A stretch of DNA of 64,000 nucleotides from an uncultured Roseibium sp. (GTDB lineage Bacteria > Pseudomonadota > Alphaproteobacteria > Rhizobiales > Stappiaceae). This document shows, piece after piece, positions 1 to 9,180 of the stretch (positions are counted from its first letter, which is position 1; each line of letters opens with the position of its first letter). Both the position numbers and the translations under genes were made by a program. The DNA lies in contig NZ_CANLVF010000006.1 in assembly GCF_947494555.1 (NCBI RefSeq), positions 101,374 through 165,373 of the forward strand, read 5' to 3'. Below the pieces are notes generated by a model. That model was not told where the DNA came from, did not search any database, and worked only from the letters and a program-made list of their open reading frames with translations.

Positions 1-695
1 CGCGCATCGATGATTGAAATACCATTCAGATATGCGCGCGCGCCCAGAGGGTGGTAGGGCAAGAAACTGGACTTTCGACCCGCAAGCACCACACGAATTC
101 TTGGCTCCAACTCTAAAGTCGCCTTAACAACATCGGGTTCTTTGGCATCCTCTTTCAAAGCCACCACTTCAGGGATGCGCGCCAAGGACTGCAGCAATGA
201 TATCGGCCAGTTCATCTGCTTCCCGTCTTGCCCGGACAGGAAAGGCATTTCGTGAACCAGAACACCCAGCCCCGATTCCCGTCCGACCGTCGCAAAGTGC
301 TCCAGAACCTGATCGTCCTCGAAGTACTTTTCGCGGCAAATCACGGATATCAAATCGGCGCCGGCTTCTCGCGCCGCCCGGGCGCATTCAACACTGTGTT
401 TCGTGGAACAGTGGATGGGATCACCGACTATGACGGTGGACTCGGGGTCCATCTTTTTCACGGTTTGTGCGCAAAAGCGGTTGAGTTCGAAAATCTCATC
501 CATTGTCATTTGCGAGTAGCGCGAGTTGTACGCCATCGCATAGAATCTTCGGGCACCTTGAGCGTGTAGCGTGCGCAAATAGGCTTCGATACTGTCATAA
601 TCGACGTTTTCGTTCGCGTCGAAAGGCGTAAAAATAGTGTAGACGCAGCCCACAAGTTGGTCGCGCGCACGTTCAGCAACGTCTTTGTCAAACAT
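1..695 (-). CDS. DapA/N-acetylneuraminate lyase family (class I aldolase) protein, 3' end truncated by window edge
   Basis: Not in the ORF track; translated by hand. ATG at 695 with GGGGAG RBS, overlapping the stop of the upstream gene; open to position 1. MFDKDVAERARDQLVGCVYTIFTPFDANENVDYDSIEAYL...GADLISV...VVALKED. TPF..VDY N-terminus and Schiff-base Lys (codon 153-155, residue 181) fit the DHDPS-like TIM barrel. Confidence 0.8.
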   Translation of the reverse strand, partial: MFDKDVAERARDQLVGCVYTIFTPFDANENVDYDSIEAYLRTLHAQGARRFYAMAYNSRYSQMTMDEIFELNRFCAQTVKKMDPESTVIVGDPIHCSTKHSVECARAAREAGADLISVICREKYFEDDQVLEHFATVGRESGLGVLVHEMPFLSGQDGKQMNWPISLLQSLARIPEVVALKEDAKEPDVVKATLELEPRIRVVLAGRKSSFLPYHPLGARAYLNGISIIDA

Positions 696-1725
696 TGTGC
701 TCTCCCCTAATCCAGCGTTTCTTGTCTTCTTCGATCATCCTAGAGGCAAGCATTTCCACACTTGTCGTCGGGCGCCATCCAACGGCCTCTTCCAGCCGCG
801 AACAATCACCTCGCAGCGCCGGCGTCGGATTGCTTCGAAAATATTTTGGCGAAACCACCGCCAGTTCCAATCCGGACTCGGTATCCACGCAGCGTTCCGC
901 CAGGCCTTCACCCTCAAAGTGCGGATCAAAGCCGGCAGCCCGTGCCGCGCACTCGACAAACGTGCGCACGCTTGTGAGCTTGCCTGTGGACACGATAAAG
1001 TCTTCCGGCGGGTCATGGCGAATGATTGCGCGCATCGCCCCGACAAACTCTTCGGCGTCACCCCAGTCCCGCTCCGCAGACAGGTCTCCAAGAGCCATGG
1101 GCGGGCCACCTTCGATGGCAAGGCGCGCAAGATTTACAGTTATTTTGCGGGTAACAAACGAGCGGTCTTTCCATGGGCTTTCATGGTTAAACAGAATGCC
1201 GCTGGCAACGTGTAGTCCCTGGGTTTCACGATAAATTCGACCGAGGTGCAACACACTCAACTTTGCAAGACCATAAGGATTGCGAGGAGCGGGCAGACTT
1301 GTTTCTGACACCGGAGCCCCGGCGACTGACTGGCCGATCGCTTCTGAACTGGAAGCAAGGAAAACCCGGGCTTCCGGCGCGGCGACTCCAACGGCAACCA
1401 AAACGTTCAGCGTCCCGATGGTGTTCGCTTCCATCGTGACATTCGGATGGCGCAAGCTGTCTGCAACGTAGCTGTGACCGGCAAGATGGTAAACCTCGTG
1501 AGGCCTTGAGATCTTCATCGCTTCAATAAGCGAGTGCATGTCGTTGAGGTCCAACTCAACCAACTGGATGGAATCCTCCAGCGACATTTCCTTCAAGCGC
1601 CACAAACGCGCCGCACCACCTCGCCGGAAACCGCCGAATACCTCAACGCCTTCCTTGACAAGCTCGCGTACCATGAGGGCGCCGTCCTGCCCGGTTGCGC
1701 CAATGACAAGCGCTCGCGTTGCCAC
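688..1725 (-). CDS. GDP-mannose 4,6-dehydratase-like extended SDR (second, divergent Gmd/Rmd paralog)
   Basis: GATGQDG Rossmann motif, [29 protein letters not shown] motifs. Confidence 0.85.
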   Translation of the reverse strand: MATRALVIGATGQDGALMVRELVKEGVEVFGGFRRGGAARLWRLKEMSLEDSIQLVELDLNDMHSLIEAMKISRPHEVYHLAGHSYVADSLRHPNVTMEANTIGTLNVLVAVGVAAPEARVFLASSSEAIGQSVAGAPVSETSLPAPRNPYGLAKLSVLHLGRIYRETQGLHVASGILFNHESPWKDRSFVTRKITVNLARLAIEGGPPMALGDLSAERDWGDAEEFVGAMRAIIRHDPPEDFIVSTGKLTSVRTFVECAARAAGFDPHFEGEGLAERCVDTESGLELAVVSPKYFRSNPTPALRGDCSRLEEAVGWRPTTSVEMLASRMIEEDKKRWIRGEHNV

Positions 1726-1728
1726 GGT

Positions 1729-3546
1729 TCAAAGTTCCGTCAAGCGACGAATCGCTTCGCGAAAGCCGGCACCTCTGTCGAGATGACCTTGCCAAACCTC
1801 AATCACCTTAAGTCCCGGCAGTGCGAGTGCATCGCGGATAATGTCGTTGTTTCCGGGGTCTCCGTCGCCGAATTGCATGCCCTCACCATCCGTTCCAAGT
1901 GCGTCCGCCAGATGTACATGTCTCACTTGCGGGAGGAGCATATCGACAATTTCCGCCAAGTCGAAGCCGAACATGTTGCGACCAAGTAGCAAATGGCAAA
2001 CATCAAGACAGACGGGCATGTCACGCTTCACAAGATGTTTGGCATCAACAACGTTATTCATCGCCTTCAGCGCAACCGAGCCGCCAAAGTACCACGCAAT
2101 CGGAGGCAACCACTGCGGAGCAATCAATGCCCCGCGTTCAGAATAAGATCGGACAAGTTCGGCGTGACTGTCGTAGAATTTTTCAAGGCCGCCTTCGCTG
2201 TCCACTGGTACGGCTGAAAAACTTCCGACGATCGGCGTCTCAACGCCGGTCCTGTCACTCAGTGCGAGTGCAAAATCGACTGTCTTATCGAGAACTGACT
2301 TGCTCGCTTCACGCTGGCAGATATCCTTTGCAAAAGGATCCATGAGTTGCATGGAGTTTACGTAATCGGGAAGATGAACGCTGTAACTGCAATTGGGATC
2401 GGCGTTTCCCGCATCGGGAGTTGAAAGCACTTCCTTATAGGAAAGATGAAACTCGTAAGCTCCTATTGGAAACTGCCGGGCCATCAATCCCAGATCGTGC
2501 AGACGCACCGGAAGTGCAAGTTTCAGATCTTTTGCCCGGTCCAGATGCCAGTCTTCCAGTGGCGCCGCCGCGTCGAAATCACTGGGGCAAAGCGCATCGC
2601 CTTCTACAACGTCCACCCGTAGTGGACGCCCCAGATACGCGGCGATCTGGTTCCTGTCGAAACCGGTGTTTGGAGCTCGGTAAACCAAATCACGCGTGTC
2701 GAGCGTTTCTCCAGCACTGAGTGGCTTTGCGGCGTAGAAACAGCGCCCCAGATTCTGCCTGTTCATGAGCTCGCCCTGATTGGCAGCCCGCGGCCCGTCA
2801 CCAGCAACAATCAGCGGCAATGCATCGGCGAAAGACCTGATTTTCTGAAATTCATCCGGTGTTGAACTGCTGGAGTGATCAAGGCCCGGCCCGCTGCGGT
2901 CGAACGTCAGGTGCCGTTCAATCGTTGTCGCACCCTGTTGCAGTGCCAGAAGGCAGACTTCCCAGTGATCGTCATGGCTGGAATAGCCGACCGGACGCCC
3001 CCACCGCTGACGGAGATGGGCAATCTGACCAAGCCGGGCGTTTTCCAGCGACGTCGGATAGTTTGAAATGCAATGCAAAGGTGTCCAGTCAAATTCCGAC
3101 AGTGCGGAAAACGCCGCCTCGATGTCAGGTTCCGCATGTGCACCTGTTGAGAGATAGAGCGGTTTGCTGAGGCCACCTAAGAACGCCACGAGCGCAGCAT
3201 TGGTAAGTTCCGCGCTCGGAACCTTGAAAAAATCAAACTGTTCGAGCGAAGCGCCAAAATCGTCCGCATCGGCGTGGTCAAAAAAACTGATCCCTGCGTC
3301 CAGCCCCAGAGCCTGCGCTTGCGACGATAATTCCAAAAGACTTTCCGGCGGAAGGAAAGTTTTCCTGATCTCATCGATGAGTATTTCATCACCAATCTCG
3401 GTGGGCTCACCGTAATATGCCCGATCGAGGTTCCTGTATTGGAACTTTACCGCCGAGGCGCCGGATCGCGCAGCGGCACTGATCATTTCTTTTGCTTTGG
3501 CAAGGTCGCCATCATGATTGATGCCGATTTCCGCAATGAGATACAT
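1729..3546 (-). CDS. N-acetylneuraminate-synthase (NeuB) family protein fused to SAF and a C-terminal xylose-isomerase-like TIM barrel
   Basis: IAEIGINHDGD, AVKFQ, LHCISNYPT, GYSSH, IERHLT, DH motifs; SAF-like segment (CFYAAKPLSAGE); ~260 aa C-terminal domain with EFHL, SVHLPD, CLDVCH, HVHLAD, IEVWQGH metal-ligand pattern. Confidence 0.85.
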   Translation of the reverse strand: MYLIAEIGINHDGDLAKAKEMISAAARSGASAVKFQYRNLDRAYYGEPTEIGDEILIDEIRKTFLPPESLLELSSQAQALGLDAGISFFDHADADDFGASLEQFDFFKVPSAELTNAALVAFLGGLSKPLYLSTGAHAEPDIEAAFSALSEFDWTPLHCISNYPTSLENARLGQIAHLRQRWGRPVGYSSHDDHWEVCLLALQQGATTIERHLTFDRSGPGLDHSSSSTPDEFQKIRSFADALPLIVAGDGPRAANQGELMNRQNLGRCFYAAKPLSAGETLDTRDLVYRAPNTGFDRNQIAAYLGRPLRVDVVEGDALCPSDFDAAAPLEDWHLDRAKDLKLALPVRLHDLGLMARQFPIGAYEFHLSYKEVLSTPDAGNADPNCSYSVHLPDYVNSMQLMDPFAKDICQREASKSVLDKTVDFALALSDRTGVETPIVGSFSAVPVDSEGGLEKFYDSHAELVRSYSERGALIAPQWLPPIAWYFGGSVALKAMNNVVDAKHLVKRDMPVCLDVCHLLLGRNMFGFDLAEIVDMLLPQVRHVHLADALGTDGEGMQFGDGDPGNNDIIRDALALPGLKVIEVWQGHLDRGAGFREAIRRLTEL

Positions 3547-3874
3547 TTACTTCCAACAATCCTTGAGCCGACCGGGAAAAATTCAAGACTATCTACTCAA
3601 ACAGACGCCGGTCTGCAAACCAGGCAAATTGCAGCCTAAGCCTTTCTGCCGGCGCGCAACGCATTCCGCTTTATGGATGTCATCGATAAGCGCTTCTTGT
3701 CTTGCCCGATGAGGCTCAACCCCCTTGCGCAGCCTGCGCTTTAAACCAGTTCCCTTTTGAAAGCGCAACCCAAAAACTGCCTGTATCCCCGCGGACCAAA
3801 CCCGAATCCGGAAAGGTTTTTTGGTGCAATCGGACAAGTTGCCGGGAAGCCGAATTTGGCGATTGACCAGACTG

Positions 3875-5686
3875 TCAGGCGGCCTTTTCCTTTTTGTTCT
3901 GGAACTGCAACTCGCAGAGCCTGCGGTAGATGCCATCGTGATCGAACAGCTCATCATGCGTGCCGCTTTCCACGACCTGGCCGTCGTCCATGACGTGAAT
4001 CATGTCGGCGTGCCTAACGGTGCTCAAACGGTGAGCGATCACCAGTGTGGTTTTGCCCTTGGTGAGCCGCTCAACGGCGCTTTGGATTTTGGCCTCAGAT
4101 TCCGAATCCAGCGCAGATGTCGCTTCGTCGAGCAGCAGGATCGGGGCGTTGCGGAGCATGGCGCGCGCGATGGCAATCCGCTGGCGCTGCCCGCCCGAAA
4201 GCTTGTTCCCGCCCTGCCCGGTGCTCGAGTCGTAACCCTTGGGCATACGCATGATAAAGTCATGGGCATTGGCGGCCTTTGCCGCGGCTTCGATTTCTTC
4301 CTGCGTCGCTCCCGGCTTGCCGATAGCGATGTTGTCGCGGACACTGAGTTCAAAGAGAAACGGGTCTTGTCCCACATAGGCAATCGATTGCCGCACTGAA
4401 TCGAGATTGCGTGACGGCAACGTCTGGTCATCTATCAGAACGTCTCCACTGTCGGGGTCGTAAAACCTTTCGATCAAAGCAAATACGGTCGATTTGCCAG
4501 CGCCGGATGCGCCCACAAGTGCAGTCATCTTGCCGGACCCTGCAGCAAAGCTGGTACCCTTCAGCGCCGGCGCTCCCTCGTAGGAAAAGACTACGTCCCG
4601 AAATTCGATCTTCCCGCCCGTGACACTCAGATCAGGGGCGTTCTCAATCTCTTTCATGCCCGGCACGCGATCGACCAGCTCATACATCATGCGAAGACCG
4701 ACCATGTTTTTACCGAGGTTCACGTTCAAACGCGCCAGACGCTTGGCCGGGTCGTATGCCAGAAGCAGGGCCGTGATGAACGAAAACAGTGCGCCCGGGT
4801 CCTGGCCGAGCTCAATAACCGAGAACCCTCCGTAGAACATGACGCCTGCAATCGCGAAGCCCCCTAATGTATCCATCAAAGGAGCCGTTCTGGCGGACAG
4901 GGAAGCAATCTTGTTCGACTGCCCCTGAACTTCGAGAATGCCCACTTCCATCCTTTGCATCATGAAAGATTCTAGGCTGAACGCCTTCACAGTGCGTATC
5001 CCGAGGACTGTGTCCTTTTGGGCGGCTCCGATTTTGACGCTCGAGACAACCTTCCGCTTGACGTATTGCTTCGTTCGTTTCACCAGAAAAGTCACGCCAA
5101 GGACCGCTGGCGGCATAATAAGCAGGGCAAAAATGCTCAGAAACGGGTTTTGAAGCAACATGACGAAAACCAGCCCGATAAGCGTCAGCAAATCGCGGCC
5201 AAGCGAAACAATGATCAGGTCAAGTGTCGTTTTCGCCGCCCCGACACCCTGTCCGATCCTAACTCCGATTTCCGAGATCGTGTTCTGGTCGAAGAAGGTC
5301 TGATCCTGGCGGACCATGTGAGCGAACATGCGCCTTCTCAGATCCGAAACGATTTCGTTGCCGACCCTGGACAGAACAACAAGTTGGCCGTAGGTCGACG
5401 CACCCTTCAGGACGAAAATAATCAGCACGGCGGTCGCAATGACATACACCATCGCCGCGTCCTTGTTGACGAATACCTCATTGACCACGTCGCGCATGAT
5501 CCAGGCACTGGCCGCCGTTGTCGCCGCGATAATACCCATGAAAACGAATGCCAGTGCGTATTTAGGCAGGTATTTCCTGAAATTCTCGCTTAACAGCCGC
5601 TTGACCAGCTGAACTGTTCCATCAGGGTCTTTAAATGTTTTCGAAGCGAATGGATTTCGCACGAAGCGGTTCCTTTCTAAGGCCAT
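3875..5686 (-). CDS. MsbA-like ABC exporter (fused TMD + NBD)
   Basis: N-terminal TM helices; Walker A GASGAGKS, signature LSGGQRQR, Walker B ILLLDE, IAHRLST. Confidence 0.9.
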   Translation of the reverse strand: MALERNRFVRNPFASKTFKDPDGTVQLVKRLLSENFRKYLPKYALAFVFMGIIAATTAASAWIMRDVVNEVFVNKDAAMVYVIATAVLIIFVLKGASTYGQLVVLSRVGNEIVSDLRRRMFAHMVRQDQTFFDQNTISEIGVRIGQGVGAAKTTLDLIIVSLGRDLLTLIGLVFVMLLQNPFLSIFALLIMPPAVLGVTFLVKRTKQYVKRKVVSSVKIGAAQKDTVLGIRTVKAFSLESFMMQRMEVGILEVQGQSNKIASLSARTAPLMDTLGGFAIAGVMFYGGFSVIELGQDPGALFSFITALLLAYDPAKRLARLNVNLGKNMVGLRMMYELVDRVPGMKEIENAPDLSVTGGKIEFRDVVFSYEGAPALKGTSFAAGSGKMTALVGASGAGKSTVFALIERFYDPDSGDVLIDDQTLPSRNLDSVRQSIAYVGQDPFLFELSVRDNIAIGKPGATQEEIEAAAKAANAHDFIMRMPKGYDSSTGQGGNKLSGGQRQRIAIARAMLRNAPILLLDEATSALDSESEAKIQSAVERLTKGKTTLVIAHRLSTVRHADMIHVMDDGQVVESGTHDELFDHDGIYRRLCELQFQNKKEKAA

Positions 5687-6046
5687 CGGCCAACGGCAAG
5701 CTCGTTGAGGCCTGCATTGCAGACTTCTCCTCCATCGGCAGACAAATACTCAATTTTGCTGCGTTTCTGCAAGTGGCCACTATTGTACCCCGGACAGGAC
5801 CAGCTACACATGCGTTTCTTGCGATGACACAGGCGTCGAAAGCAAAGATCAAACAATAGCAAACGGCGCATATTTCGATTTGAGCCCCGCGAACGGAATG
5901 TCCTGTGCCGACCGACCTGGTTGTTTGCCAGCTACAGCATGCCAAAATCAATCAGGGCAAACTTCCTACTACACCTATGGTGCTGAGTCACATATACCGA
6001 TCTGCAGTGAAACGCACAGCGCGGCTTTGCCGCGACCGAGGCCATT

Positions 6047-6967
6047 TTGGAAAAGAAGAGCTATTTCAGCTACGACCGTCACGAAAGCGAGTGGCAAAAG
6101 GTCATAGACGACCCTGCGAGAAACGCAGTGGGCGAGACATGGCAATCCAACGATACTCTGGATGCCTGGCGGCACGATCGCATGCGTGAGCCCATGAAAA
6201 CGATCGTTGCGGCCGATCCCGGCGCAAGTTGGTTGACGGTCGGAGATGGAAGATACGGATCAGACGCACGATTTCTGGCTGCCTGTGGCGCGACGAACGT
6301 GCATGCCAGCGACATTTCGGACAAATTGTTGAAAATCGCCGCAGAAAAGAAACTGATTGAGGCTTATTCAGAGCAAAATGCAGAACGGCTGACCTTCGAA
6401 GACGACAGTTTCGACTACGTCTATTGCAAGGAATCTTTTCATCATTTTCCCCGCCCCTACATCGCTCTGGATCAGATGTTCCGTGTTGCACGAAAAGGCG
6501 TCATCCTGACCGAGCCAAGGGACCTTAGTATCGATCAACCCGCCTATGAGAAACGCAAGTGGAAGATTTCTCGCTTGTTCCGAAAGAAGAAGAAACCCGT
6601 CTACAAATCAAAAAATCATACGTTTGAACCCGTTGGGAACTATGTCTACAGCTTGTCTGAGCGCGAGGTCGAAAAGTTCGCGCTCGGCATACATAGAAAC
6701 TTGGTCGCGTTCATCGGATGCAATGACGCTTACAGGGAAGGGATCGAGTTCGTTAAGCTGAACAGCAACGACGAGAAAGACCTTGCTGCCATTAACGAGG
6801 TCAAAAGTGCAATAAAAGCCATGGATGAAGCCTGTGAGGCCGGCAAAAAACGGACAAAGTTGCTCACAGCAATGATTTTCAAGGATGCTCCCTCTTCCGC
6901 CCTGACCGACGCCATGAAGCGCGCAGGCTGGGACGTCCGCGAACTTCCGCTGAACCCCTATCTCTAG
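6047..6967 (+). CDS. Class I SAM-dependent methyltransferase
   Basis: TTG start with GAGG RBS; LTVGDGRYG, ASDIS, NAERLTFEDDSFDYVYCKESFHH motifs; opposite strand to the surrounding locus. Confidence 0.8.
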   Translation: MEKKSYFSYDRHESEWQKVIDDPARNAVGETWQSNDTLDAWRHDRMREPMKTIVAADPGASWLTVGDGRYGSDARFLAACGATNVHASDISDKLLKIAAEKKLIEAYSEQNAERLTFEDDSFDYVYCKESFHHFPRPYIALDQMFRVARKGVILTEPRDLSIDQPAYEKRKWKISRLFRKKKKPVYKSKNHTFEPVGNYVYSLSEREVEKFALGIHRNLVAFIGCNDAYREGIEFVKLNSNDEKDLAAINEVKSAIKAMDEACEAGKKRTKLLTAMIFKDAPSSALTDAMKRAGWDVRELPLNPYL

Positions 6968-6995
6968 TGCAAGAAATTCCTGCAGACCTGAAATC

Positions 6996-7970
6996 TCAGT
7001 TCAATTTCCCGAACAGCCTACCGAGTATTTTTTTCTTTATTTTTTCTATCTTGCCCGGGCCTCGCTTCTTGAGCCTGTAAAACCCTTGCAAGGCTTCGAA
7101 TGCTTCCGGGTCTTCCGCCAGAACATCCGGATACTCAATATTCAATTCCTGATTCAGTTTTCTCGCCTTGTTGCGAATTTCATCGACGTTGCAATGCTCG
7201 CCGCTTCCGTCAAAACCAATATTTTGCACGTAAGAAACGTTTGGGTTCAGACACAATCCGTCCTGTTTGAAGATCGTCGCATACCAGAAAATTGCCCAAG
7301 TGTTCATTCTGCCATCGGCATTGGCCAGAACCTGGAACCAGAATTTTTCACCGATTTCCAGATCAAATCGGTTGATCATGTCCGGCGTGAATTCACTCAG
7401 GAGCTTTTCAGGGTCCTTTTCGAAATGCTGCCATCTGTCGCGCCAGGTCGCCCACCCCCAGCAATTCATCAATCGTGAAAAATGGGTTTTCGTGAAGGCC
7501 TTGCTTCGCGTTGGTTCATTGTAGCCGCAGACATGCCAGACCTTTTTCTCGTCTTGGAAGTGCGAAAGACTGCCGTTCATGTAGTTCAGAAAGGCCGGGC
7601 TGGTGACGATGTCGTCTTCAAGGACAACTATCCTGTCGTGCTCCTCAAGAACCTTGGTTATTCCTTGGACAATACTCCCTGCCAAACCGATATTGGCCTC
7701 CTGCCGGACAATGGTGACCGACTTGAAGCCCTCTACCGCATCGGCGGTTGCGCAAATTTCCTGGATTGACGCGATATCTTTATCGGTTCGGGGACCGTCC
7801 ACAAACACGAACAGATCCGTATCGCCCACAAGATGGTTTTTCGCGATTGCGTCGAGTGTCTTGCGAGTATGATCCGGCCGATTGAAAGCAAAAAGCGCGA
7901 CGGGTGCCAGTTCCTTATTCTTCATCTGATGGCCTTCCTGCGCGTCTGTCACTGATGCTAAACCCGACAC
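6996..7970 (-). CDS. GT-A fold glycosyltransferase (GT2-like)
   Basis: LFAFNRPDHT, FVDGPR, VLEDD, CWGWATW motifs; alternative start at 7925 (MKNKE) has a GGAAGG RBS. Confidence 0.75.
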   Translation of the reverse strand: MSGLASVTDAQEGHQMKNKELAPVALFAFNRPDHTRKTLDAIAKNHLVGDTDLFVFVDGPRTDKDIASIQEICATADAVEGFKSVTIVRQEANIGLAGSIVQGITKVLEEHDRIVVLEDDIVTSPAFLNYMNGSLSHFQDEKKVWHVCGYNEPTRSKAFTKTHFSRLMNCWGWATWRDRWQHFEKDPEKLLSEFTPDMINRFDLEIGEKFWFQVLANADGRMNTWAIFWYATIFKQDGLCLNPNVSYVQNIGFDGSGEHCNVDEIRNKARKLNQELNIEYPDVLAEDPEAFEALQGFYRLKKRGPGKIEKIKKKILGRLFGKLN

Positions 7971-7998
7971 TCATGAAACATCTCGAATAAACCAGTCT

Positions 7999-9180
7999 TC
8001 AAACTGTACTTCTCATCTGTTCATTTATGTTCTGGATATAGGTGCTGTTTCTTTTCGTAAACGAGGCCAGCCATTCTCGTTTCTGGTCACTGTCCACCGA
8101 TCGCTCTGATGACAGGTACTCCGCCAATTGCATGGCAGCTTTTTCAGGATAAGCATCCAAATGCAGAACGACGCCTTCCGGTATTTCATCCGAGAAGCTT
8201 GTGGAGTTCACGGCAACCGCTGTCGTGGAAGCAAAGCGAATGTTCTTGATAAGCGCCCCTTCGATCGACGCCGACCAGAAGGACGGCGAAAGGACGACTT
8301 TGCAGGACGAGACTGCGTCTCTAAGCCCGCTCGTCCAACTCATCTGAACAAAGGAACAGTTTTCAGGTGCATCATCGACATCCGCAGGACACTTGAACGG
8401 AAACAAGAATGAAAGCTGCGGCGCATGGCGTGCAACCGAAAGCGCCCAGCGGCTTCCTTTTGCAAGAACGTCGTTCCCGTGAAAGACGATATCCCACTGG
8501 GTATCGCCCGGCTTCGGCTCTTCGATGCCCTTTGTGCCTGCAATCAGGGACTCTTCAATGTCCGCTGTCCAAAGACCCACGACAGGCACAGGCATTCCAA
8601 ATTGCTGTTCGGCGAGCTTCGCCTGCCGTTCATTTTGCGCCAGAAATTGAACCTTCCCGGCGCGCGCGAGTGAATACAGCTTGCGAACAAACACAGTGGC
8701 GCTTGATGTCTGCCGGGGAAATGGCGAACACCCGTACATCTTGGCGGCATGCTGGTCGGGGTCGCCCAGGCATCTCAGACATGCCGCGTGTTCCATTGGC
8801 TGGTGGTTGTAGCTGCGGACGCAGAAGAAGCTCGACTCCAACAGGTAGATCCAGCAGTTCCCGCGCAGGAATTTAATGATCTTCAACGTCGCGGAAAACC
8901 CAAGGTCCTGCGGGTGCAGCAAGAGCACCGGCGTCTTTGACCTTCTCAGAAACCAGAGGCGGACAAAAAACAGGAGCCAACGCGGTGCGCCTTTCAGCCA
9001 CAAGAACAGTTCGCGAAAGACAGATCGGTCATCCCTCTTATCCAGCCTGGGACCCGGCTCGATGTACGGCAGTCCTTGCGCCACCAGGTAAGCCACCAGC
9101 TGACCGGTTCCGGACTTTCCCGCCGGGATCCCGCTGACGACTGCAAAATCACCTGAGACATTCGGCGCGGCACCGCTCAA
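7999..9180 (-). CDS. Putative GT-B glycosyltransferase-like protein with a Cys cluster
   Basis: Operon position (overlaps the rfbF stop); C-terminal VLSPSFWSASIEGAL resembles the GT4 donor-binding region; FFCVRS...CLRC...GCSP Cys cluster. Confidence 0.5.
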   Translation of the reverse strand: MSGAAPNVSGDFAVVSGIPAGKSGTGQLVAYLVAQGLPYIEPGPRLDKRDDRSVFRELFLWLKGAPRWLLFFVRLWFLRRSKTPVLLLHPQDLGFSATLKIIKFLRGNCWIYLLESSFFCVRSYNHQPMEHAACLRCLGDPDQHAAKMYGCSPFPRQTSSATVFVRKLYSLARAGKVQFLAQNERQAKLAEQQFGMPVPVVGLWTADIEESLIAGTKGIEEPKPGDTQWDIVFHGNDVLAKGSRWALSVARHAPQLSFLFPFKCPADVDDAPENCSFVQMSWTSGLRDAVSSCKVVLSPSFWSASIEGALIKNIRFASTTAVAVNSTSFSDEIPEGVVLHLDAYPEKAAMQLAEYLSSERSVDSDQKREWLASFTKRNSTYIQNINEQMRSTV

